This document shows, piece after piece, positions 9,362 to 16,620 of a DNA stretch of 16,620 bases. The notes beneath the pieces are model-generated. The model did not search any database, was not told where the DNA came from, and saw only the letters and a program-made list of their open reading frames with translations. Numbering within the stretch: the stretch's first letter is position 1; every line of letters starts with the position of its first letter. Source of the DNA: Fibrobacterota bacterium (lineage in GTDB: Bacteria; Fibrobacterota; Fibrobacteria; UBA11236); contig JAYUVP010000090.1 of the NCBI GenBank assembly GCA_043753995.1, forward strand, positions 1 to 16,620, given 5' to 3'. The position numbers were made by a program, and so were the translations under genes.

Positions 9362-12273
9362 CAACTGGTTTTGCTTATCGACTTGGCGCACGCGCTGGAA
9401 CCTGGAAAAGCTGCGATGTTCATTGGGCCAATCCAGCGAAAGGGGATTTCAAGAAAACCTTGAGCTATCCCGAAATCGAATTGGTGCCCGACAACAAGCA
9501 ATTCATCGCCGATTTCACTATAGCCCTGCCCAAGCCTTATAAGGCCGGTGCCCCAACCGATCGCCATTACAAGACCAAGGGCATTATCGCCAATGCCGTT
9601 TCGCAATGGGTGTTAGTTGAAATCGATACGGGTGCGCCCATTCCCAAGGACGGCCCTTGGCCTAGCGCCTTGATCTGGGGCTTTCTGCAACCCGCCACTA
9701 TTGGTTGGGACGAAAAACGTGTCAAGCAAAATCATGGTTATGTGGTCGATGATTTGCCTCGCGCAGGTTGGTTTGAAGCCAAGGCCGATGGCAAGACTAA
9801 GCGATTGCAAGTGATCGATAGAAGCGTCGATGGCAAACAGGGCGAGGCTCGCACTCTCGATTTGCCCTTGCTGTCCGAAATCGACGCCAAGAATCCACAT
9901 GTAATTCGCTATAAGATTTGCGTCACGGTTAAGAATAATGAGTCTTTGCAAGAGCTGGGTGGCAAGGTCGATGAGTGGAAAGAGGGCAAGCGACCGCTCT
10001 CCGGTTTAGAGGCTGGATGCTGGCTCAAGGTTTGGGCTCGAAACGAAGCCTATGGCTGGTCGAAGCCGGTTTATCCGAAGGATGACAAGGATGAATCAGT
10101 GGTCGAGGCCATGGCGTCTGAAGATCCCACCTACCGTGACAACCCTGACGCGCCTCATGACCCGCGCACCCATCGCAATCATACCTGGCGCCGCAACCGA
10201 ATTTTGGCGGGTGGCGAACTGGCGGAAAAACTGGGTGGCGATCGAAGCCTAGTTTATGTCGGTTTATATCCCACCGAAGTGATTAACCGACTGAATGAAG
10301 TCGATGCCTTGATGAAGGCTAAAGGTGAGCATACCGTCAGTGTCGCGTCTATGGTGACGGTCTTGGCGGGATATGGGCTTACGCTTTATGTGCTGCGAAA
10401 TTACCTGAACAAATACGCCGACAAAGTGAAATCAGGAGCCACGATAAGTAGGGTTGAAAAGCGAAAGGTCTATGCGGCTGCCCAAACCCTTTTATGGTCC
10501 TGGCGAGCCGCGCAAGTGCCCAAATTGGCGACATCTTATGCCGTGGGTGGGCTGTATGGGGAATCGCTCGCGCTCAAAGAGACCGTCGAGCGTGCAAACC
10601 AACATGAAGATTGGAGTGCGCAAATCGAGGAGACTCTCGACTTGTTTGCCGAAGCCATGCTGGTTTTTGACAAAGATCAAAAATCCTTCGAAGAGGCTAA
10701 GGACAGGCTGGCCAAGCGTCGCGCCAAACTCAAGTTCAAGCGATGGCCTTGGAAGCACTGGGGAACCCTAGACCGCAGTCTTTCAGGTGAAATGGATTGG
10801 GAGAAACTGAAACTCTCGCTTCCCTTGACCTTGCTCGAAGGCGAGATGAAGACTCCGCCGGATAGCAAATACATGATGCCCATTGCTGCCTTTCCGCTTT
10901 TTTCCTGGGGGGTGCAAATGAAGCTCGAAGGCGAGTTAAAGGTGACGCCTTCGATAGAACGAGACGAAGAAAAGAATGTGAAGATTTCAGCAAAGGTCGA
11001 AGGCAAGGGCAAGATTGGTTTCCTAATGAACGTACAAGCGACGCATACCGCAGCGGCGGAAAAAGCCATAGGCCAAAGTTCGGTGGCCATCGGCGCTTTT
11101 TCGAAAAAGTTGAAATCGCTGGCCGAGGTCACCGATATTCAATTATCGCTTGATGCTTCAGCGACCCTGTCTGGAATGGGTTCGGTAGAACTTGAAATTC
11201 CTGCTGACAATCCGCAAAAACCAGATGCCATCAGCTCGGCCAAGGCCAGCCATGCCGGGAAGAAAGAGGGTTCATCCTGCAAGCGCACCTTTAAATTCAA
11301 TCTTGACGCCGAAATTCCGGCGCGTTTTCAGCTCTCGGTTTTTCAATGGACCTATCCCGTGGCCAATGGCGAAATAGCCCAGGTGAGCCCAAACCAATTG
11401 CAATTAGCCCGGGACTTCTCGGTTTTAGGCAAACGCATCGAAGGCCGAGTGTGGACTTGGGGGAAGAATCAGTTTGATCCGTTCTTGGAAATGGAAAATG
11501 CGAATTCCCTTTTCCTTGGCCAAGATTTTCGTTTTAGGCTGCTCTATGAAAACTTGGACGGAGCCGAGCATTGTAAGGCGAGCTTATCCTTCAAACAAGG
11601 GATGGCGCTTACCCATGTTTTGGCCAAAAAAGGCATAGAAACTGGCACATCCGTTACGCTATCCGATAAACTCAAGACCACCGACAAAAAGGATTTGAAA
11701 CAAGTGCTTTGCGAATCGCGCCTGGCTTGGAACCCTGGGCCCTTGCCTTTGGGTCGTGCCAGTCTTTTGGAGACCTTGGTTGGCGACAATGGCGATTCCG
11801 TGATCGATACTTTTTATGGATCGCTTTTGAAAAAAGGGGTGCTTGACTTGGTGCCTACCCTAACCTTACCCGATGACACCGAGAGATCAATTAAAGGGGA
11901 CGGCTTTCAACTGCTATGCCCCCAGTTCAAAACGCTAGGAGCCACGGTGAGAACCCTCGGCAAAAAAGCCCTCCTATGGCGAATAGAAGCTCAACACTAC
12001 CTCGACCAATACCTTTGGGTCCGTATTCGCCATGGTGGTTTGGTTCAGGATTTGATCAAAGGTGATAAGCCAGGAGAAGGGCCCGTACTCACACGTGGCG
12101 ATTGGCATTTAATCAACCTTTTGGGCCAGGCTACCCGTGCCCCTTGGCCGTTCACAATCATTTTGCCTTTGGACTCTATGCCGCACTTCACCTCGGGTGA
12201 TACGGGAGCCTGGAAATTGGACCTATCTCTCGGTCCGACCGAAGCAGGAACGGTGCTTTCAGTGAATCTGTGA
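9358..12273 (+). CDS. Hypothetical 971-aa protein, coupled to the PAAR gene (candidate cargo/effector)
   Basis: Long ORF with ATGA overlap on the PAAR stop and no signal peptide. It has a central hydrophobic helix (VSVASMVTVLAGYGLTLYVL), a helical stretch and then an amphipathic beta-strand-rich region. No family recognised. Confidence 0.8.
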   Translation: MTTGFAYRLGARAGTWKSCDVHWANPAKGDFKKTLSYPEIELVPDNKQFIADFTIALPKPYKAGAPTDRHYKTKGIIANAVSQWVLVEIDTGAPIPKDGPWPSALIWGFLQPATIGWDEKRVKQNHGYVVDDLPRAGWFEAKADGKTKRLQVIDRSVDGKQGEARTLDLPLLSEIDAKNPHVIRYKICVTVKNNESLQELGGKVDEWKEGKRPLSGLEAGCWLKVWARNEAYGWSKPVYPKDDKDESVVEAMASEDPTYRDNPDAPHDPRTHRNHTWRRNRILAGGELAEKLGGDRSLVYVGLYPTEVINRLNEVDALMKAKGEHTVSVASMVTVLAGYGLTLYVLRNYLNKYADKVKSGATISRVEKRKVYAAAQTLLWSWRAAQVPKLATSYAVGGLYGESLALKETVERANQHEDWSAQIEETLDLFAEAMLVFDKDQKSFEEAKDRLAKRRAKLKFKRWPWKHWGTLDRSLSGEMDWEKLKLSLPLTLLEGEMKTPPDSKYMMPIAAFPLFSWGVQMKLEGELKVTPSIERDEEKNVKISAKVEGKGKIGFLMNVQATHTAAAEKAIGQSSVAIGAFSKKLKSLAEVTDIQLSLDASATLSGMGSVELEIPADNPQKPDAISSAKASHAGKKEGSSCKRTFKFNLDAEIPARFQLSVFQWTYPVANGEIAQVSPNQLQLARDFSVLGKRIEGRVWTWGKNQFDPFLEMENANSLFLGQDFRFRLLYENLDGAEHCKASLSFKQGMALTHVLAKKGIETGTSVTLSDKLKTTDKKDLKQVLCESRLAWNPGPLPLGRASLLETLVGDNGDSVIDTFYGSLLKKGVLDLVPTLTLPDDTERSIKGDGFQLLCPQFKTLGATVRTLGKKALLWRIEAQHYLDQYLWVRIRHGGLVQDLIKGDKPGEGPVLTRGDWHLINLLGQATRAPWPFTIILPLDSMPHFTSGDTGAWKLDLSLGPTEAGTVLSVNL

Positions 12274-12282
12274 TTGAACGGA

Positions 12283-12876
12283 TTAGTAGGCCATACCTCT
12301 GGGTATAACCGTGAGAAACATATCTTGCCCACCGGCATGCTTATCCATTTTAACCACATGCCCGGCAATATGTAATCGGGTGCTGCGGTATTCGCAGCCG
12401 GGCTGGCCTTCAACGAAGTTGCATTTGGTGCAGACATCGAGTTCGACGGGTAAGGCCTTTTCAATTTCGAGGGGGGTTCCGGTATAGTCGGTGTCGGTGC
12501 CGTCTATCCATTCCAGTATTTCATCACCGAAATTGAAAAAAACCGTGATACCGGTTTCACGCAAATCGGCGCGCTTTTTGGTGGGGATTCCCACCTTGGT
12601 ACCATAGGCCTGGGCACAAGCATTGGTCTTGGCCTCGTTTTTGGCACTTGGCCCAAGGGGTAGCAAATGGGTGAAGGTCCAGGTTTTGCCGAGGTATTTC
12701 TTCGAGGCATCTTCATAGCTGAGCGAAGCGACATCATTCCAGTCGACGACATTTTCGAGATCGACTTCACCGAGGACGGTGAGCTTGGGTTGGCAGGCTA
12801 TGGGGAGGCTGAAGCAAATCGCAGCAATGGCGAGGGCGGGCAAAAGGGTGAGGGCAAGCTTGAGCAGGTGGCGCAT
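12283..12876 (-). CDS. Hypothetical lipoprotein, possibly OB-fold
   Basis: Hydrophobic signal ending PIAC (lipobox-like). ASKKYLGKTWTF resembles OB-fold lipoprotein motifs (weak). Four further Cys in the mature part. Convergent with the 971-aa gene across a 9-bp gap. Confidence 0.7.
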   Translation of the reverse strand: MRHLLKLALTLLPALAIAAICFSLPIACQPKLTVLGEVDLENVVDWNDVASLSYEDASKKYLGKTWTFTHLLPLGPSAKNEAKTNACAQAYGTKVGIPTKKRADLRETGITVFFNFGDEILEWIDGTDTDYTGTPLEIEKALPVELDVCTKCNFVEGQPGCEYRSTRLHIAGHVVKMDKHAGGQDMFLTVIPRGMAY

Positions 12877-13136
12877 GGCGTAAAGAATAATTTAGCGGGA
12901 GGGGCTACTAAGCCGTGGGAATTGCTTGCCTTTATGGAGATCAAGCTAGGGCAAAATGCCTACGCAATCCCGGCTTAACCGATAAATAAGTACGACTTGC
13001 GATGTGGTAGCCATGTGACGGCCATCACTAAAATTCGGGTTTTTGCATAAGCGACGGGCGGATGACGTCCACCGCTGACCTCTGCATACGCAGAAAATGC
13101 CCCCTATGCAATTGGGCTACAAGGGGATACATCACT

Positions 13137-13332
13137 CCAGGGAAATGCTACCTGGCGCGAAATACTTGCGGGGAAAGGCACCTCCGCGCCGATCCCCGAG
13201 ACCTGGGCAAGCGAATTGGCGGTCACCGCAAACGGACGGGCGAGTTCCGCCTCGACACTTGTGGAGAGGCGGGTGTCTGAGCCCGCCCGGATTGCGGTGA
13301 CATCAGACGATTCGCGTCCCAGCACCAGGGTA
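13137..13332 (+). ncRNA. Putative structured ncRNA, unit 1 (family not recognised)
   Basis: Closing stem CCTGGCGC (13151-13158) / GCACCAGG (13322-13329). Short hairpin GCGGGG/CTCCGC. Long hairpin 13203-13322 including a perfect GTCACCGCAA/TTGCGGTGAC and CCGCCTC/GAGGCGG. Shares motifs with unit 2. Confidence 0.6.
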
Positions 13333-13439
13333 CTGCGATCGCAGGGAGAAGAGAAGCCAATCCCAGAAGTAACGGGGGCGTTACGGGGGCGGCAGCCCCT
13401 GTAGAAGGGGCAGCGAAAGCCCCCTGGGCGCGTTCGTCC

Positions 13440-13657
13440 CCAGGGAAATGCTTACGGCGCGAAAGGAAAGTATGCGACCGGGGAAACGACCACCTTCGCG
13501 ACGAGTCTCCGAGGCCATGGCCAGGGGTGGCGGTGAGAGCCTGAAAATCCGGCTCGCTCCGCAGGCCCAAGACTACTGGGTTATGCAAAGGGCCGAGGAC
13601 CCGCGAGCCGAATTTTCATGGCCGAACATCAGCCACCCCGTCCAGCGCCACGGAGGC
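13440..13657 (+). ncRNA. Putative structured ncRNA, unit 2 (paralogue of unit 1)
   Basis: Closing stem GGCGC (13456-13460) / GCGCC (13645-13649), extendable via GCTT/AGGC. Short hairpin GCGA/TCGC. Long hairpin 13518-13644 including GGGGTGGC/GCCACCCC and 15/16 pairs in TGAAAATCCGGCTCGC/GCGAGCCGAATTTTCA. Confidence 0.6.
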
Positions 13658-13663
13658 TAGAGC

Positions 13664-13683
13664 GCGGGGAAAACCTTCCCCGC
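13664..13683. terminator. Hairpin GCGGGGAA-AACC-TTCCCCGC, probable terminator
   Basis: Perfect 8-bp stem just beyond the methyltransferase stop and directly after ncRNA unit 2. No clear U-tract. Confidence 0.55.
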
Positions 13684-13687
13684 CAGC

Positions 13688-14299
13688 CTACTTACCGGCC
13701 TTCTTCAAAATCCAAATCTCTTCCTTGCCCACGCGCTCGGGCACGCTCTTCTTGGGCACAATGCGCTCGGTCACGTCAAAGACGCCATCGAGACGCGCCA
13801 GCAATTCGCCTTCGGAAGTGGGATGAGGAGGACCATCCAAGGAGGTTGCACGAATGAGCGGGAAAAAGGCCGCGATGACAATGCCACCGGGGACCAGCAT
13901 TTTCTCCCAGACCTCGAAATACTCATCGCGACGGCCAGGATGAATGGCACTGAAGCAATTGTATTCCCAGACAATATCAAAGGGCTCGGTGCTCTTGGGA
14001 TTGAGATCGAAGAGATCGATTTTCAAAGCCGACAGGCGCGGGTGTTTGGCCGCCGAGTCATTGATTTGTCCGAATGCGCTTTGCGCGAAATCGACGGCCA
14101 CGGTGTCGTGACCACGCTCCGCCCAAGCAGCGGCGTCATAGCCACGCCCCGCTCCCGGCACCAAGACGCGCCCCTTTTTCGGGCAGCTCTTATGCTTGAA
14201 GAATTCAAGGAGAATCGGACTGACCTTTCCCAAATCCCAAACATCTTTCTTGGTTTGGTATAGCGATTCCCAATACTCCGGCAAGTTCTGTGTAAGCAT
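13688..14299 (-). CDS. Class I SAM-dependent methyltransferase, thiopurine/thiol S-methyltransferase (TPMT) family
   Basis: YWESLY...WDLG, motif I RVLVPGAGRGYDA, AVDFA, FDIVWEYNCFSAIHP..R..Y and GPPH. TGATG overlap with the rlmN stop. Confidence 0.9.
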   Translation of the reverse strand: MLTQNLPEYWESLYQTKKDVWDLGKVSPILLEFFKHKSCPKKGRVLVPGAGRGYDAAAWAERGHDTVAVDFAQSAFGQINDSAAKHPRLSALKIDLFDLNPKSTEPFDIVWEYNCFSAIHPGRRDEYFEVWEKMLVPGGIVIAAFFPLIRATSLDGPPHPTSEGELLARLDGVFDVTERIVPKKSVPERVGKEEIWILKKAGK

Positions 14300-15396
14300 C
14301 AGACGACCTTTTCAACGTTTGAGGAACCAGGCGCGCCCGCGCCGTTTAAAACTGGGCGACGACGCGTCTGCTGCGCCAATTGGCCGCAGGCGGCTAAAAT
14401 ATCGGGGCCGCGAGCCCGGCGACGCAACACTTGAAACCCACCGCGAGGCCGAAGCAAACGCTCGAACTCGACGATTTCGGCTTCCGTGGGCGCCAACATT
14501 TCTGGATTACCCGCATTGAGCGGAATCAAATTCACTTTGCAACTGCGATGGGCCGCAATTTGCCGCAATTCTTGCGCGGCTTGCGGCGTGCAGGTTTTAC
14601 CTGCAATGAGCACATATTCGAAAGTCAGCACTTGGCCGGTCTTGCTTATATAGGTGTCGGCGGCTTCGAGCAAGGCGGCGATATTCCAACGGCGATTCAC
14701 CGGCATAAGGGCGCTACGCACCGCATCATTGCTGCCATTGAGACTCACGGCCAGCTTAAAGTCGGGAGCGCGATCGGCCCACTCCAGCATTTTCGGAACC
14801 ACGCCTGAAGTCGACACGGTGATATGGTCCTTGCCGATGCCGAAACCTTCGGGCGAGGACAGGCGCTCGCAAGCCAGAGCCACGTTTTCGAGATTGTGCA
14901 TGGGTTCGCCCATGCCCATGAAAATGACATTGGAGAGGCGGCCGCCATCGGTATCACGCAAGTGACGGGCGACGCGATGCGCTTGCTCGAGAATTTCGCC
15001 CAGAGTGAGATTGCGTAAAAACCCCATGGTCGCGGTGCGGCAAAAAGTGCAGCCCATGGCGCAACCGATTTGCGAACTCATGCAAATGGAACGGCGGTCG
15101 GCGCTGGGAATGAGCACGGTTTCAAAGACATGACCGTCATGGGTTTCGAAAGCCCACTTCGTGGTGCCATCGGTAGAAACCTGACGGCCGACTTCGGTCA
15201 AAGTATGAATGCGGGAGCGTGAACGCAGCTCATCAAGGAATGGTTTGGGCAAATTGCTCATGGCATCGAAATCGATCGCCAGAGAACTATGCAACCAAGA
15301 CCAAATCTGTTTCGCTCGAAAGCGAGGTTGACCAAGACCCTGAACCCAAACCTCCATGTCGGCGAGGCTGAGATTCAAGAGAGAAACGAGCTCCAT
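14299..15396 (-). CDS. rlmN: 23S rRNA (adenine2503-C2)-methyltransferase RlmN (radical SAM)
   Basis: FRAKQIWSW, DGTTK, ETVLIP, CMSSQIGCAMGCTFC (CxxxCxxC), FMGMGEP, VSTSG, FEYVLI, VNLIP and AACGQL. Confidence 0.95.
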   Translation of the reverse strand: MELVSLLNLSLADMEVWVQGLGQPRFRAKQIWSWLHSSLAIDFDAMSNLPKPFLDELRSRSRIHTLTEVGRQVSTDGTTKWAFETHDGHVFETVLIPSADRRSICMSSQIGCAMGCTFCRTATMGFLRNLTLGEILEQAHRVARHLRDTDGGRLSNVIFMGMGEPMHNLENVALACERLSSPEGFGIGKDHITVSTSGVVPKMLEWADRAPDFKLAVSLNGSNDAVRSALMPVNRRWNIAALLEAADTYISKTGQVLTFEYVLIAGKTCTPQAAQELRQIAAHRSCKVNLIPLNAGNPEMLAPTEAEIVEFERLLRPRGGFQVLRRRARGPDILAACGQLAQQTRRRPVLNGAGAPGSSNVEKVV

Positions 15397-15572
15397 ACCT
15401 TAGCAAAAGTAAAAAATCTTTCAACTCAGTTAAATCCTTGGTATTAGACCTTCGTTTCAAGGCACCACTTTTGACCATTTGGGGTTCACATGGCCCTTTG
15501 TATAAGCCAATTGGCACTCCCCCTAGCCTAAACGGTTTCCCAGGCTCATATTTTCAAGGTGAAAGCGCCGTT

Positions 15573-16103
15573 ATGAATCCCGAAACCGGTAAAAACGAGC
15601 CGCGCGCGGCCGTAGCCTTGATTCGGGTTCAAAATCCCGAACCCGCTTTTCTCGTCATTCGCCGCGCTGCCAACCCCAAAGATCCCTGGAGCGGCCATTT
15701 TTCCCTACCCGGGGGACGCCGCGAGAGGGACGATCTCGATTTATTAGCGACTTGCCGACGCGAAACCCGCGAAGAGGTGGGCTTTGATTTAGCCGAAGAG
15801 CATTTTATTCGGCCTTTGCCGCTGGCCCTGGCCGGATCAGCAATTGGGAACCCCACCCCGGTGCAGCCTTATTTATTCGAGGTCAAACACAAACCCGATT
15901 TGGTTTTGCTGTCCGCTGAAGTCGCATCCGCTCACTGGGTCGAAGAGGGGTATTTGCTCGATCCCGACAACCATGTCTTCGCTCCCATGTTGCCACAGGT
16001 CCCTGATCGAAAATTCCCAGGCATACCCTTGGCCGATTATTTCATCTGGGGCTTTACCTATGGAATTCTAGGCGATTTCTTCGGGGATTTCCCCCGTCGA
16101 TGA
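15573..16103 (+). CDS. Nudix hydrolase, CoA pyrophosphatase-like
   Basis: AAVALI, RRA...DPWSGHFSLPGG, Nudix box GGRRERDDLDLLATCRRETREEVG and IWGFTY. Start inferred at ATG 15573. Confidence 0.9.
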   Translation: MNPETGKNEPRAAVALIRVQNPEPAFLVIRRAANPKDPWSGHFSLPGGRRERDDLDLLATCRRETREEVGFDLAEEHFIRPLPLALAGSAIGNPTPVQPYLFEVKHKPDLVLLSAEVASAHWVEEGYLLDPDNHVFAPMLPQVPDRKFPGIPLADYFIWGFTYGILGDFFGDFPRR

Positions 16104-16141
16104 AAAGCTGCCGCGCGAGGGCGCGGCCTAGGTGATGTCCC

Positions 16142-16327
16142 TTAAACTGTTCCCGACATACCCGGATCGTGTTGTGCGGGCCGTCCGGCTTCGCCCATAT
16201 GTTCGCGATCTTGATCGAGCTTATGCTTGAGATTCTTGGCGGGGTATTCGTTGGGGTGCAGAGGAACGACATCCTCTAAAGTCACTTCTTTATTCTTCTT
16301 CTCTTCTTTTTTGCCTAGACCGAACAT
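16142..16327 (-). CDS. Small hypothetical protein (61 aa), paralogue A
   Basis: Strong RBS TAAGGAGG a few nt upstream of the ATG. Clear paralogy with the adjacent ORF at 16448-16620. Confidence 0.85.
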   Translation of the reverse strand: MFGLGKKEEKKNKEVTLEDVVPLHPNEYPAKNLKHKLDQDREHMGEAGRPAQHDPGMSGTV

Positions 16328-16447
16328 AGAGTCCTCCTTAAAGAGTTCTATGCCTAAGGTGCCTTATTTCAGACCACCCCCGCTGATTTGTTTTTAAGAC
16401 AAAGTTGCAAGGGGGGTCCAAAGGCTGAAATCACCTCTTTTTCCGCG

Positions 16448-16620
16448 TCACACATGGCCAGAAAAACCGATATCGCGTCCCTGGAAGAAACCTCGGCTTT
16501 CCATCAGGCGTTCACGATCGGCGGCCAACTTGGCCCGCAGGTGGCGGGCAGGGTAGGCGTCGGGGTGCAGGGGCACCACGTCGTCCAGAGTGATTTCGGG
16601 TTTGGGGTTTTTCTTATTCC
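16448..16620 (-). CDS. Small hypothetical protein, paralogue B (5' truncated by window edge; not in ORF track)
   Basis: Manual translation from 16618: NKKNPKPEITLDDVVPLHPDAYPARHLRAKLAADRERLMESRGFFQGRDIGFSGHV*. It is 19/29 identical to paralogue A over the core. Confidence 0.85.
   Translation of the reverse strand, partial: NKKNPKPEITLDDVVPLHPDAYPARHLRAKLAADRERLMESRGFFQGRDIGFSGHV

Noticed and set aside
12961..12980. AATCCCGGCTTA resembles the 3' end of RNase P RNA
   Set aside because: No GAGGAAAGTCC motif upstream, where the sequence is protein-coding. The sequence is explained as an arm of a local inverted repeat.
13062..13660. Short ORFs in several frames across the structured region
   Set aside because: They are Arg/Gly/Pro-rich and mutually overlapping, with no clear RBS. 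The repeat between units is not preserved at protein level.
13050..13683. Known RNAs considered for the structured region (tmRNA, SRP, RNase P, 6S, T-box, cobalamin or glycine riboswitch, group II intron, CRISPR)
   Set aside because: Their diagnostic motifs were not found by eye. There is no downstream + strand gene for a riboswitch to control, and no short regular repeat-spacer pattern. A divergent 6S cannot be fully excluded without cmscan.
14299..15396. Possible Cfr resistance methyltransferase or RiPP radical SAM maturase
   Set aside because: Motifs, length and housekeeping context fit ordinary RlmN.
15512..15527. TGGCAC...TAGC, possible sigma-54 promoter before the Nudix gene
   Set aside because: GG-to-GC spacing is 11 nt rather than the required 10.

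Overview
Bacterial window. Protein style suggests a Fibrobacterota-like lineage, which is an inference and is not established. Left part: the 3' end of an alpha/beta-hydrolase (esterase), then an AAA+/DUF4143-type ATPase bracketed by a near-identical hairpin-forming direct repeat 1830 bp apart. Next is a minus-strand pair encoding a membrane-anchored helical protein and a ~1250-aa Ig-repeat surface lipoprotein. Middle: a divergent two-gene unit (PAAR-LysM fusion plus a 971-aa unknown protein) with no other injection-system genes, and a convergent lipoprotein. Right part: an rlmN-TPMT-like methyltransferase operon, a Nudix hydrolase and two tandem paralogous ~60-aa proteins, the second truncated by the window edge and absent from the ORF track. 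The most unusual element is the ~810-bp gap at 12877-13687. It has no credible protein gene. It holds two tandem ~200-nt units that share short sequence motifs and one hand-folded architecture (closing stem, short hairpin, ~120-nt hairpin), while their long stems differ in sequence. This is a candidate tandem structured ncRNA that I cannot assign to a known family.
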